Shown one piece after another: positions 15,927 through 25,252 of a stretch of 39,052 nt of DNA. The translations under genes and the position numbers were made by a program. The DNA comes from Thermoplasmata archaeon (GTDB lineage Archaea > Thermoplasmatota > Thermoplasmata > Lutacidiplasmatales > UBA184): the NCBI GenBank assembly GCA_030046135.1, contig JASIEC010000140.1, positions 1 through 39,052 of the forward strand, in the 5' to 3' direction. Position 1 is the stretch's first letter. Every line of letters begins with the position of its first letter. The notes below the pieces were generated by a model. That model did not search any database. It saw only the letters and a list, made by a program, of their open reading frames with translations, and was not told where the DNA came from.

Positions 15927-17721
15927 GTTCCCGGACGACCCAGGTCCCGGCCCAGAGATCGCCCATCCTCTGGCGCTCGGAGGTGAGGCCGATCGCGAGG
16001 ACGGCCATCGATCCGAGGAGCCCGAGGCCGAGCGCGACGATCCCGACGATGCCGGCGGTCTCGAGGAGATCGGACGGCAGCCCGAGCCCGAGGACCGTCC
16101 CCCCGCCGGCCGCCGCTCCCTTCACGAGGACGGCCGCGCCGATCGCGCCGCCCAGCCCTTCGAGCGTGAGGGCGGGGAGCAGGGAGACGTTCCGCACGAG
16201 GGCGGCGAGGCCGCCGACGGGCCGAAGGTCGCGGTCGCTCACCCAGAGCCCGCGGGCCCACTTCCCGACCGTGGTCCCGACGAGGAACTCGGAGAGCGCG
16301 AAGTACAGGAACGCGACGGCGACGAACCCGTAGATCGCCGCGTTGAACGAGACGCTCCCGAGCACCGCCAGGACGCCGCCCGAGGTCCCGCGGGCGAGCG
16401 CGATGAAGATCGTCGCGGCGGGGCCCCCTAGCAGCGCGAGGTCGAGGGCGAACGCGACGATCCGGTCCCCGACCGAGGCGTAGCGGGGCCGGCCGATCGA
16501 CGCGCCGACCAGGACCAGCCACCGGGCCATGAGCCAGGCCCGGAACCCCTCCCGGCCGTCCGTCGTCCCGGCCTTCGCGACGCTCTCGAGGTTCGCCTGG
16601 TCGCTGACGACCCAACCCGGCACGGCGATCCCCGACCAGGGATTCTCCGGCTCGGCCGGGTCCTCCCGACCGACGAGGAGGCGGGCCTGCGCCGCCGCCT
16701 CGCGCGCGGCCTCGGCCGAGGCGGCGAGCGACTCGGCGAGACGGCCCTCGGTCCCGAACCGGTAGCCCTGGCGCAGGCGCGCCATCGGGGAGAGCCGACG
16801 GACCGGCAGCGGGGGCCCGACCGGCGTCCACGCGCCGCCGAGGAGACGGTACGTGAGGAGAGCGCTCCCAAGGGCGAGGAGGCCCGAGAGGTAGACGAGA
16901 TCGAGCACCCCGGCCCCGCCGATCGTGTAGAGGCCCGGCTCGCCCGGATACAGGCCGGGCTGTCGAAGGAGGTCGGCGCCGAGCAGGACGCCGAACGTCG
17001 TCCCGAGGAACGCGCACGGGATCGCGAATCCTTCCTCTCCCCGGAAGACGCGGGGGGCGAGCTCGGCCGCGACGACCCCCGCCCCGATCGGGGGGACGAT
17101 GTAGAACGGGAACGACTCGACGATCCCCACGTTGCGGACCGCCGCCGAGCCGGCGAACGTGAGCGCGAGGACCGCCGAGACGATCGCGAGGAGGAAGGCG
17201 ACCCGCCGCGGCCCGGGGGCCTCCGACCGCAGGGCGACGAGCCCGACCGCACCCGCGAACACCGCCGCGCCGAGCGCGACCAGGAGCACCTCGGCGCCGG
17301 CGGCCCCCACCACCAGCACGCGGCCGAGACGGGCGATCGCGGGAGCGCTCGCCGGCAGGACGACGAGGAACAGCGCCCCCGCCTCGACGGCGAGCAGGCC
17401 GAGGAAGGCGGCCCCCGAGCGCGCGAGCGGGGGCGCGTACCGTCCGAGCGCGACGACGCCGATCACGAGCGGGAAGATCGCGCCCGCGAGATCGACCCCG
17501 ATCCACGCGGTGGAGACCGGCGCGATCGGCACGATCGCCGTGTACGAGGCGAGCAGCCCGCCCGGGACGAGGAGCCAGAACGTGGCGCGCCCGAACCCCA
17601 CGCTCTCGGCGAACGTCGGGTGCTCCCAGGCGAGGAGGTAGAGCAGGGCCCAGAGCAGTCCCGGGATCCCGACGCCGAACAGAACGGAGCCGATGTCGAT
17701 CCCGAGCACGAAGTCGTTCAT
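15856..17721 (-). CDS. Polytopic membrane protein: N-terminal DUF1614-like region (tentative) fused to a C-terminal RDD-family domain
   Basis: 621 aa and strongly hydrophobic. The C-terminal part has RDD hallmarks (GDRIVAFALDLALL, TTVGKWARGLWV, ERQRMGDLWAGTWVV). A soluble helical linker spans about aa 300-395. Confidence 0.75.
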   Translation of the reverse strand: MNDFVLGIDIGSVLFGVGIPGLLWALLYLLAWEHPTFAESVGFGRATFWLLVPGGLLASYTAIVPIAPVSTAWIGVDLAGAIFPLVIGVVALGRYAPPLARSGAAFLGLLAVEAGALFLVVLPASAPAIARLGRVLVVGAAGAEVLLVALGAAVFAGAVGLVALRSEAPGPRRVAFLLAIVSAVLALTFAGSAAVRNVGIVESFPFYIVPPIGAGVVAAELAPRVFRGEEGFAIPCAFLGTTFGVLLGADLLRQPGLYPGEPGLYTIGGAGVLDLVYLSGLLALGSALLTYRLLGGAWTPVGPPLPVRRLSPMARLRQGYRFGTEGRLAESLAASAEAAREAAAQARLLVGREDPAEPENPWSGIAVPGWVVSDQANLESVAKAGTTDGREGFRAWLMARWLVLVGASIGRPRYASVGDRIVAFALDLALLGGPAATIFIALARGTSGGVLAVLGSVSFNAAIYGFVAVAFLYFALSEFLVGTTVGKWARGLWVSDRDLRPVGGLAALVRNVSLLPALTLEGLGGAIGAAVLVKGAAAGGGTVLGLGLPSDLLETAGIVGIVALGLGLLGSMAVLAIGLTSERQRMGDLWAGTWVVREPIPEDRPATVPPPSGEGAAPPSA

Positions 17722-17771
17722 CGACGGTCCCCCGACCCTCGTCCGCCGGGGCGAGACCGGCCGCCGGACCT

Positions 17772-17779
17772 AAACGTTT
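17772..17779. promoter_or_regulatory. Palindromic AT-rich box AAACGTTT in the divergent membrane-protein / aspA spacer
   Basis: Centred ~31 nt upstream of aspA ATG 17807 and ~55 nt from ATG 17721 on the minus strand. Confidence 0.4.
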
Positions 17780-17806
17780 TGTCGCGGGCCCCCCTCGCCG
17801 GGCCCG

Positions 17807-19207
17807 ATGGCGGAGGAGCGGGTCGAGAAGGATTCGCTCGGAAGCCGCGCCGTCCCGGCCGCCGCGTACTGGGGGATCCAGACCCTGCGGGCGCGCGAGA
17901 ACTTCCCGGTGAGCGGCCTCGGCGCCTCGCGCCACCTCAAGCGGGCGTACGGGCAGCTCAAGCTCGCCTGCGTGCGGGCGAACGTGGAGCTGGGAGGCCT
18001 CGACGCCGAGCGGGGCCGGGCCCTCACCCAGGCGGCCGAGGAGATGGTCGCGGGCCGGCTCGACGGGGAGCTGGTCGTCGATGTCTTCCAGGCGGGCGCC
18101 GGGACGTCGTTCCACATGAACGTCAACGAGGTCCTGACGAACCGGGCCCTCGAGATCGTCGGGCGTCCCCGGGGCGACTACGCGTGGCTCAGCCCGAACG
18201 ATCACGTGAACCGGGGCCAATCCACCAACGACACGTTCCCGTCCGCCGCCCAGGTCGCCGCCCTCCACGCCCTCGCCGAGGTGCGGCGGGGAGCGGCGGG
18301 GCTCGCGGCCAGCCTCCGGGGTCGCGCCCGCGAGCTGGGATCGCTCCCGAAGGCCGGCCGGACGCACCTCCAGGATGCGATGCCCGTCACGCTGGGGGCG
18401 GAGCTCGACGGCTACGCGACCGCCCTCGAGAGGGTCCTCGAGTCGCTGCCCGCGGTCGAGCACGCCCTCGCCGAGATCCCTCTCGGCGGCAGCGCGGTGG
18501 GCACGGGGGTCAACTCGGTGCCGGGGTTCCGCGCGAAGGCCGTGGAGGGGTTCGCCCGGCTCTCGGGCCATCCGCTCGCCGTCGCCCGGGACCCGTTCGA
18601 GACGATGCAGAGCCGCTGGCCGCTCGGGTTCGCCTCGGCGTGGCTGAGGACCCTCGCGCTCGAGCTCCTCCGGATCTCGAACGACCTCCGGCTCCTGACG
18701 AGCGGGCCGGCGACGGGGTTCGACGAGATCCGCCTCCCCGAGATCCAGCCCGGCTCGTCGATCATGCCGGCGAAGGTGAACCCCTCGGCGGCCGAGTGCC
18801 TCGCGATGGTCGCCTTCCACGTCGTCGGGGCCGACGCCGCGACGGCGCTCGCGGTCCAGGCCGGCCAGCTCGAGATCAACGTGATGGTCCCGCTCGCGAC
18901 GTTCGAGGTCCTCTTCGCGGCCGAGATCCTCGCCGCGTACCTCCCGGTGTTCGCCCGGACGTGCACCGACGGGATCCGGGCGAACCCGGAGCGTCTGCAG
19001 CGCTATCTCCTCGAGTCGGGGGCGCTCGCGACGGTGCTGACCCCCCGTCTGGGCTACCTCAAGGTGGCTGAGCTCCTCCACGAGGCGGCGGCGACGAAGC
19101 GCCCCGTCCGAGAGCTCCTTGTCGAAAAGGGGCTCCTCTCCCGCGACGAGGTCGAGGCGCTGCTCGGGGACGCCGCGCTGCTCCGGCTCACGGAGCCGGT
19201 TCCCTAG
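17807..19207 (+). CDS. aspA: Aspartate ammonia-lyase (fumarase/aspartase superfamily)
   Basis: 466 aa. YWGIQTLRARENFPVSG and the SS-loop GSSIMPAKVNP (Ala rather than the Gly of FumC) favour aspartase. Confidence 0.85.
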   Translation: MAEERVEKDSLGSRAVPAAAYWGIQTLRARENFPVSGLGASRHLKRAYGQLKLACVRANVELGGLDAERGRALTQAAEEMVAGRLDGELVVDVFQAGAGTSFHMNVNEVLTNRALEIVGRPRGDYAWLSPNDHVNRGQSTNDTFPSAAQVAALHALAEVRRGAAGLAASLRGRARELGSLPKAGRTHLQDAMPVTLGAELDGYATALERVLESLPAVEHALAEIPLGGSAVGTGVNSVPGFRAKAVEGFARLSGHPLAVARDPFETMQSRWPLGFASAWLRTLALELLRISNDLRLLTSGPATGFDEIRLPEIQPGSSIMPAKVNPSAAECLAMVAFHVVGADAATALAVQAGQLEINVMVPLATFEVLFAAEILAAYLPVFARTCTDGIRANPERLQRYLLESGALATVLTPRLGYLKVAELLHEAAATKRPVRELLVEKGLLSRDEVEALLGDAALLRLTEPVP

Positions 19208-19223
19208 CGTTCCGCGACGCAGA

Positions 19224-19230
19224 GGTTAAG
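19224..19230 (+). promoter_or_regulatory. TATA-like GGTTAAG upstream of the TrmB-family gene
   Basis: Centred ~31 nt upstream of ATG 19259. Confidence 0.4.
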
Positions 19231-19258
19231 CGTCCGCTCCTCGGTCCCGCCGGCCGCG

Positions 19259-20014
19259 ATGGCGACGGCCGAGCAGACCGCGGTCGCCCTCGGCAACCCG
19301 GGGTCGGAGGAGTTCCGCCGCGCCGCGGGGGTCCTCGGGCGGGTCGGGCTCACGCAGTACGAGGCGCGCGCGTACATCGCCCTCGTGGGGAGAGGGGTCG
19401 GCGACGCCGCGTCGGTCGCCTCCTCGTCGGGGATCCCCCGCACGAGCGCCTACAAGGTCCTCGAGTCGCTCGCCGAGAAGGGGTACGCCCAGCCGACGGG
19501 CGGCAAGCCGATCCTCTTCCGCCCCACCCCGCCGCTCGATGTCGCGGAGACGCTCAAGGGGGCGATCCAGGAGGTGTTCGAGGAGCTCGCCGAGCTGCAC
19601 CGGATCGTCGCCGAGCACGGGGAGCCCCAGCTCGTCTACCTGCTCTCGGGCCGGGAGAAGGTGACCACGAAGATCGGGGAGCTGCTCGACCGGTCGACGC
19701 GGACGTTCATCCTGACGACGCCGCAAGTCGCGGAGCTCCGGGACGAGCTCGGGAAGAAGATCCAGAACGGCCTCAAGCGGGGCGTTCAGATCACGTTCGT
19801 CACCTCCGCCCTCCAGAAGGTCCCCGAGGGCGTCGAGTACGTCGCCCGGGAGAACCTCCTCGCGACCGAGGTGCTCGCCGACGGGGAGCACGCGCTGCTC
19901 GCGGCCCCGGGGCTCGACGCCTGCGGGTTCACCGACAACCCGATCCTGACGGCGCACCTCAAGCAGTTCCTCGAGGTCATCCTCGAGAGCCGGCCCGGCG
20001 CCCCGGGCGCGTAG
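19259..20014 (+). CDS. TrmB-family transcriptional regulator
   Basis: 251 aa. The N-terminal wHTH is LTQYEARAYIALVGRGVGDAASVASSSGIPRTSAYKVLESLAEKGY, followed by a C-terminal TrmB-type domain. Confidence 0.85.
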   Translation: MATAEQTAVALGNPGSEEFRRAAGVLGRVGLTQYEARAYIALVGRGVGDAASVASSSGIPRTSAYKVLESLAEKGYAQPTGGKPILFRPTPPLDVAETLKGAIQEVFEELAELHRIVAEHGEPQLVYLLSGREKVTTKIGELLDRSTRTFILTTPQVAELRDELGKKIQNGLKRGVQITFVTSALQKVPEGVEYVARENLLATEVLADGEHALLAAPGLDACGFTDNPILTAHLKQFLEVILESRPGAPGA

Positions 20015-20024
20015 ACCGACGCCG

Positions 20025-20882
20025 ATGCGCCGGCCCGCGGGTCCCCCGGCCGAGAGGGTGCGCGCCCGGCTCCGCGCCGTCGCGGGCGACGCCGCCGCCC
20101 GCGCGATGCCCTCGAGGTACCAGCGGCTCGGCCGGGTCCTCGCGCTCCGTCTGCCCGGCTCGCTCCGACCGTGGTTCGCCACGCTCGGCCGGGCCTGGCA
20201 GGAGGAGCTCCGCGTGGACACGGTCGTCGTCCATCGCGGTCCGATCGAGGGGGAGCTCCGCCGACCGGACGTCGAGGTCATCGCCGGCGACCGAACGGAG
20301 ACCGAGGTGATCGAGCACGGCGTCCGCTGGAGGTTCGACGCGGCGCGGGTGATGTTCTCCCGCGGCAACCGGTCCGAACGCCTCCGGGCCCGGCGCCTCG
20401 CCCGGCCCGGGGAGGCCGTGGCGGACCTCTTCGCGGGGATCGGCTACTTCACGGTCCCGGCCGCGCTCGCCCATCCCCGCGTCCGGGTCTCGGCGGTCGA
20501 GAAGAACCCGGTCGCGTTCCGCTACCTCGAAGAGAACCTCGCGCTCAACGGGGTCGCCGGGCAGGTCGCCGCCCACCTCGGCGACAACCGCCGAGCGCCG
20601 CTGCCTCCCCGGTCGTTCGATCGCGTGTTCCTCGGCTACCTCCCGAGCTCGTACCCCTGGATCCCCCGCGCGGTCGAGCTGCTCGGCCCGGAGGGGGGCT
20701 GGCTCCACCTGCACACCGTCGCGGACGCGCGGGGCGGCCTCGACGCCGCCCGCCTCGAGGCCGAGCGGAGCGTCCGGGCCGCGGGGGCGAGCGTGCTCGA
20801 GGCCGGCCGGGCCCGGTGCGTGAAGCCGTACGGGCCGGGGCGGGTTCACGCGGTCGTCGATCTCCGCGCGGTCCCGGCCTAG
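20025..20882 (+). CDS. Trm5/Taw2 (TYW2) family SAM-dependent tRNA-modifying enzyme
   Basis: 285 aa with a Met-10+ like fold: VADLFAGIGYFTVPAA, VEKNPVAFRYLEENLALN. It has GYLP where Trm5 has NLPK, which from memory is more Taw2-like. Confidence 0.8.
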   Translation: MRRPAGPPAERVRARLRAVAGDAAARAMPSRYQRLGRVLALRLPGSLRPWFATLGRAWQEELRVDTVVVHRGPIEGELRRPDVEVIAGDRTETEVIEHGVRWRFDAARVMFSRGNRSERLRARRLARPGEAVADLFAGIGYFTVPAALAHPRVRVSAVEKNPVAFRYLEENLALNGVAGQVAAHLGDNRRAPLPPRSFDRVFLGYLPSSYPWIPRAVELLGPEGGWLHLHTVADARGGLDAARLEAERSVRAAGASVLEAGRARCVKPYGPGRVHAVVDLRAVPA

Positions 20883-22006
20883 GAACGCGGGCTCGCCGCC
20901 ACGGGGCGTCGGAGCGCGGCCACGGCCGCGGGGAACGCCCGCGCGAACCGCTCGATGTCGGAGGGAGGGTTCGAGAACGAGACCCGGACGAACCGGGGAC
21001 CGTACGTCTTCGAGAGATACGTCCCCGCCCGGACGAACACCCCGTGCTGGCGCAGGAGCTCCTCCTGCAGGCGCTCGGGGTCGATCCCGGTCGGCGCGAG
21101 GTCGAGGACGGTCATGTTCGCGCGGGACGGAGCGACGAGGACCGAGACCCCCTCGACCCCCTTCGCGATCTCGCCGATCCGCCGGTCGTTCGCCCGGGTC
21201 GTCCGCACGACCTCCCCGATCCACGACGCCTTGGTGCGGAGCGCCGCCCGGGCGGCGACCTGCGCGAGGACGTTCACCCCGAGGTCGTTCGTGTTGTACC
21301 GGGCGATCGTCCGCTGGAGCTCGGGCCGGGCGAGGAGCCCGCCGAGCCGCATCCCCGCGAGGCCGCAGTTCTTGGAGACCGACCAGATCGTGACGGTCTC
21401 CTCGGGCGCGAACTCCGCGGCGAGCGCGTGGCCGTCGGAGAAGTCCCGGTACGTGACGTCGTTGAGCAGGTAGAGGTGGTGGTCGTGGGCGAGCTCGGCG
21501 ATCGCCCGCACCTCCTCCCGGGGGTAGCCGGACCCGAGCGGGTTGAGCGGATCGATGAGCAGGAGCATCTTCGTCTTCGGGCCGATCGCCTCGGCGACGG
21601 CGCCCGACGTGAGGCGGTACGGCGGCCGGTAGATGTCGAGGCAGCTCGGGCGCGCGCCCGAGAGCTCGATGAATCTATGGATGATGAGATAGCTCGGGTC
21701 CGACGCGACGACCTCGTCGCCCGCGCCGAGCAGCGCCCGCGCGACCATGTAGAGCGACTCGGTGCCCCCCGACGTGAGGCTCGCCGCGAGGTCCCGAAGG
21801 CCGAGGTCCGCCTGGGCGAGCGCGAGCAGCTCGGGGTCCCCCGAGGCGAGCGGGTAGCCCTCGTACCGGCGGCCGCGGATCGCCTCGTCGAGCGCTCCCC
21901 GGATCACCTCGGGCGGGACGAGGTGGTTGGTGTTCTGGGAGAGCCAGGCGACCTCGGTCCGGTGCTGGTGAGCGTAGCGGAACGCGTCGAACGCCTCGGC
22001 GGGCAC
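20879..22006 (-). CDS. PLP-dependent class I/II aminotransferase
   Basis: 375 aa with a GTG start. The PLP-lysine context is SVSKNCGLAGMRLGG, plus LLIDPLNPLG. Confidence 0.88.
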   Translation of the reverse strand: MPAEAFDAFRYAHQHRTEVAWLSQNTNHLVPPEVIRGALDEAIRGRRYEGYPLASGDPELLALAQADLGLRDLAASLTSGGTESLYMVARALLGAGDEVVASDPSYLIIHRFIELSGARPSCLDIYRPPYRLTSGAVAEAIGPKTKMLLLIDPLNPLGSGYPREEVRAIAELAHDHHLYLLNDVTYRDFSDGHALAAEFAPEETVTIWSVSKNCGLAGMRLGGLLARPELQRTIARYNTNDLGVNVLAQVAARAALRTKASWIGEVVRTTRANDRRIGEIAKGVEGVSVLVAPSRANMTVLDLAPTGIDPERLQEELLRQHGVFVRAGTYLSKTYGPRFVRVSFSNPPSDIERFARAFPAAVAALRRPVAASPRS

Positions 22007-22028
22007 GGGGCGCGACGGGGTCGCGCTC

Positions 22029-22037
22029 GCTTAACGG
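22029..22037 (-). promoter_or_regulatory. TATA-like CCGTTAAGC upstream of the aminotransferase gene, overlapping the ubiE TAA stop
   Basis: Centred ~27 nt upstream of GTG 22006. The ubiE stop codon (22031-22033) supplies part of the box. Confidence 0.4.
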
Positions 22038-22810
22038 CTGCGGGCCGGGGGCGGCCCGGCCTCGGCAAGGAACGTCGTGACGACCCCGCCCGATTGGATC
22101 GGCGCCTCCGCGCGGGTGAATCCCGCCTCCGCGAGGAGCGCGAGGACCCTCCCGCGCCCGGGGAAGCCCCGGAGCGACTCGGGCAGGTAGCGGGAGGGGC
22201 CTTCGCTGCCGAACGAGCGGCCCACGAGCGGCACGACGCGATCGAAGTAGGCGTGGAAGAACCGCGCGACCGCGGGCCGCGGAGGCTCGGAGATCTCGAG
22301 CGTGAGCGCCACCCCTCCCGGCCGGAGGACCCGGCGCCACTCGGCGAACGCCCGCGGGAGGTCGTGCAGGTTGCGGGCCACGAACGCATTCGTGACGAGG
22401 TCGAAGGAACCCGACGCGAACGGAAGGCGCTGGGCGTCCGCCCGCCCGAACTCGGGAGGGGGTCCACCGCCCTCCCGGCCGATCGCGACCATCTCCCGGG
22501 TGAAGTCGGTCGCGATCACGCGGGCGGCCGGGTATCTCCGGACGACGGCGCGGGCGAGCTCCCCCGTGCCGCACCCGAGGTCGAGGGCGCGCTCGATCGG
22601 CCGCCGCCGGAACCGGTCGAGCTGCCCGAGCGCCCGGAACCGCCAGAGGACGTCGTTGCCGAGGGTGGCGACGTGGTTGAAGCGCTCGTACCGCCGGGCG
22701 AAGAAGCCGAACATCCGACGGACGTCCCGCTCGAACGTCGGCTGCGAGCGGTCCGGATACGGCGAGCCGTCGGGAGCGGTCCGGGGGGCCCGCGCCTCGG
22801 CCACGGCCAC
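22031..22810 (-). CDS. ubiE: UbiE/MenG-family (demethylmenaquinone-type) SAM methyltransferase
   Basis: 259 aa. Contains YERFNHVATLGNDVLWR, LDLGCGTGELA, ADAQRLPFASGSFDLVTNAFVARN and VLRPGG. It has the only TAA stop in the window. GTG start at 22810, with GTG 22804 as an alternative. Confidence 0.85.
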   Translation of the reverse strand: MAVAEARAPRTAPDGSPYPDRSQPTFERDVRRMFGFFARRYERFNHVATLGNDVLWRFRALGQLDRFRRRPIERALDLGCGTGELARAVVRRYPAARVIATDFTREMVAIGREGGGPPPEFGRADAQRLPFASGSFDLVTNAFVARNLHDLPRAFAEWRRVLRPGGVALTLEISEPPRPAVARFFHAYFDRVVPLVGRSFGSEGPSRYLPESLRGFPGRGRVLALLAEAGFTRAEAPIQSGGVVTTFLAEAGPPPARSR

Positions 22811-22840
22811 CGAGCCGCGCTCCGGCCTTAACCCTGGGGG

Positions 22841-25252
22841 TCAGCGTGCGGCGGGGCCGAGCCCGCGGTCGAGCTCGGCGAGCGTCGACTGGAGATCGGA
22901 GCGGATCTCGAGCAGCCCGAGGCCCCTCGCCTCGGCCCGACGGCGGCGGGCCTCGACCGCGTCGCCCGCGCGGAGGAGGATCCGGGCGGAGCGGACGAGC
23001 AGCTCCGCGATCTCGGCGATCATCCCGAGCTCCCGGGCGAGGCCGAGCGCCCGCTCGTACTGCTTCCGGGCCTCGTCGAGACCCCCGCGGGCCTCGGCGA
23101 TCATCCCCTCGGTCATCGCGACCTGTTCGTCCACGAGCCGATCCCCGAGCGGGGCCGTCGCCTGCACGGCGCGTTCGAGCGTCTTCTCGGCGTCGTCCGG
23201 TCGGCCGAGCTGGGCCTCCCACTGGGCCCGGTTGAGGAGGCAGTAGCCGATCCAGATCGGCGAGCGCGACCGCTCGGCCTCCTGGAGCGCCTCCTCGATG
23301 TCGCGCAAGGAGTCCGCGCTGCGGCCGAGCCAGAACTCGAGGACGGCGCGGTTCATCTGGACCCTCGCGCGCGCGCTGTGGTCCCCGCCGCGGGCGAACA
23401 GCCCGGCCGCTCGGGCGTAGAGGCCGAGGGCGGCCTCGAAGTGGTCGGGTCCGCGCTCGACGAGCGTGTTCGCGACGTCCACGAGCGCGTGGCCCCGCTC
23501 GACGGCCGTCCCCGACTCCTCGGCGATCTGGAGCGCGGCCCTCTGGTGACGCTCCGCGCTCGAGAGGTCCGCGAGGCGCCAGGCGACGGCCCCGAGGACG
23601 CGCTGGGCGGCGAGGAGGTTCCCCGCGGTCCCCGATCGCTCGAGCAGCGGGAGGGCCTCGGTCGCGAGGGTCTGGGCGGAGCGGAACTCCCCCCGATCGA
23701 GCCGGGTGGTGGCGAGCCCGAGGAGGGCCCGACCGCGCTCGAGGTCGCCGGGGGGTTCGGTCGGGGCCAGGGCCACCGCCTCGACGAGCGCGGCCTCGGA
23801 GCGCGCGAGCTCGCCGAGCTCGTCCCAGAGCCGGCCGATCTCGGTGAGGGTGCGGATCTCGCGGCGGCGGTCCCGTTTCGGCGTCCGTCGCTCGGCCTCG
23901 AGGACCCGCTGCAGGTGGGCGATGGCGGTGTCGAAGGCGAACGCCCGGGTGGCGGTCCGCGACGCCCGGAGGTTGTACTCGATCGCCTTCAGATCGTCCC
24001 GACCGAGGTAGAAGTGGCGCGCGAGCTCCGCCTCGCCGGCCCCGCCCGCGGCCTCGAGGGCCGATCCGACCCGGCGGTGGAGGATCCTCCGCCGGGTCTC
24101 GGTGAGCTCCGCGTAGAGCGCCCCCCGCGCGGCCTCCGAGACGAACTCGAAGACGCGGCGACCCCGGGGCCGGAGCATCCCGGCGCGAGCGAGCGCCCGG
24201 AGCGCTTCGTCGATCGACTCGCGGCTGGCGCGGGCGGCGGCGGCGAGCCGATCGGGATCGACCTCCCGCCCGAGCACGACCGCGTAGGCGAGGAGTCGTC
24301 GCTCGGCGTCCGGGAGGGATCGGGCGCGCCGTCGGAGGTCCTCGACGAGGTTGGCGCCCCGCTCGCCGTTCGGCGGACCCCGCCGGTCCCCTTCGAGCGA
24401 TTGGCGCAGCAACTGCTCGATGAGCAGCGGGTTCCCTTCGGTCTGGGCATGCCAGCGCGTGACGTCCTCCGCGCTCGGCGGCGCCCCTCCGAGCACGGCG
24501 GCGGCGAACTCCCCGAGCTCGGCGACGGTGAACGGCCGGAGCTCGATCGTGCGGAACGCCGGGCTCCGGGCGAGCTTGTCGAGCTGGGTCCGGGCGTACG
24601 ACGCCGCCCCCGGGTCGGCGGCGAGCGTCGTGAGGATCGCGATCGGCGACGACCCGATCTCCTCCCCGAGGCGCCGGAGGAACTCGAGGGAGGCGGCGTC
24701 CGCGACGTGGAGGTCGTCGACGGCGAGGAGGAGGGGCTGGGAACGCGAGAGGCGCAGGACCTCGTCGATCAAGCGGGCGAGCTGCTCGCCGCGCACGGCC
24801 CCCAGTCGGCCGGCGGCGGTCGGAACGAGCGGAGGGAGGAGGCGATCGACGTCCTCCTCGTCGCCGGCCGAGGGGGCCCGGGGTCCCTGCGCGGGGGTCG
24901 CCGGGGACGGCGGGAGCGGCAGGGGAAACACCGGTCCGCGGCCCGCCGGGGGTCGCACGGAGACCGCCTCGCGCTCGCTCTCCCAGGTTCGGAACCCCTC
25001 GAGCAGCGAGTACGGCGAAGGGAGGTCCCCCGGGATCGCCCGGCTGAGGAGGACGCGGAACCCCCGGTCCCGGGCCCGCCTCGCGCACACCTCGAGGACC
25101 TCCGTCTTCCCGGTCCCGCCGGCCCCCCGGAGCAGCACGCCGAGGCCCCGGCCCGTGCGCGCCTCTTCGAGGGCCCGGTCGATCTCCTCGAGGACCTCGG
25201 CCCGGCCGATGAGAGGATGGGACGCCTCCGCCGGGAGGGGTGGGGGGATCAC
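22841..25252 (-). CDS. STAND/AAA_16-type P-loop NTPase with winged-helix-like segment and C-terminal TPR array; no effector domain recognised
   Basis: 803 aa. The GTG start overlaps the upstream stop (GTGA, 25249-25252). Walker A is GAGGTGKT (nt 25103-25126) and Walker B-like is LLLAVDDLH. About 400 aa of TPR-like helical repeats follow. Confidence 0.8.
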   Translation of the reverse strand: MIPPPLPAEASHPLIGRAEVLEEIDRALEEARTGRGLGVLLRGAGGTGKTEVLEVCARRARDRGFRVLLSRAIPGDLPSPYSLLEGFRTWESEREAVSVRPPAGRGPVFPLPLPPSPATPAQGPRAPSAGDEEDVDRLLPPLVPTAAGRLGAVRGEQLARLIDEVLRLSRSQPLLLAVDDLHVADAASLEFLRRLGEEIGSSPIAILTTLAADPGAASYARTQLDKLARSPAFRTIELRPFTVAELGEFAAAVLGGAPPSAEDVTRWHAQTEGNPLLIEQLLRQSLEGDRRGPPNGERGANLVEDLRRRARSLPDAERRLLAYAVVLGREVDPDRLAAAARASRESIDEALRALARAGMLRPRGRRVFEFVSEAARGALYAELTETRRRILHRRVGSALEAAGGAGEAELARHFYLGRDDLKAIEYNLRASRTATRAFAFDTAIAHLQRVLEAERRTPKRDRRREIRTLTEIGRLWDELGELARSEAALVEAVALAPTEPPGDLERGRALLGLATTRLDRGEFRSAQTLATEALPLLERSGTAGNLLAAQRVLGAVAWRLADLSSAERHQRAALQIAEESGTAVERGHALVDVANTLVERGPDHFEAALGLYARAAGLFARGGDHSARARVQMNRAVLEFWLGRSADSLRDIEEALQEAERSRSPIWIGYCLLNRAQWEAQLGRPDDAEKTLERAVQATAPLGDRLVDEQVAMTEGMIAEARGGLDEARKQYERALGLARELGMIAEIAELLVRSARILLRAGDAVEARRRRAEARGLGLLEIRSDLQSTLAELDRGLGPAAR

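Noticed and set aside
15638-19081. 1147-aa ORF on the minus strand spanning alba, the membrane protein gene and aspA
   Set aside because: The translation is Arg/Pro/Gly/Asp-rich low-complexity sequence with no recognisable domain. It lies out of frame or antisense to three genes with clear homology or hydrophobic coding signal. This is the typical shadow ORF of ~72% GC DNA, where stop codons are rare.
17807-19207. Alternative call of this gene as class II fumarate hydratase (fumC)
   Set aside because: The N-terminal YWGIQTLRARENF and the SS-loop GSSIMPAKVNP fit aspartase better than the FumC patterns (GAQTQRS, GSSIMPGKVNP). The call remains family-level certain and only subfamily-level probable.
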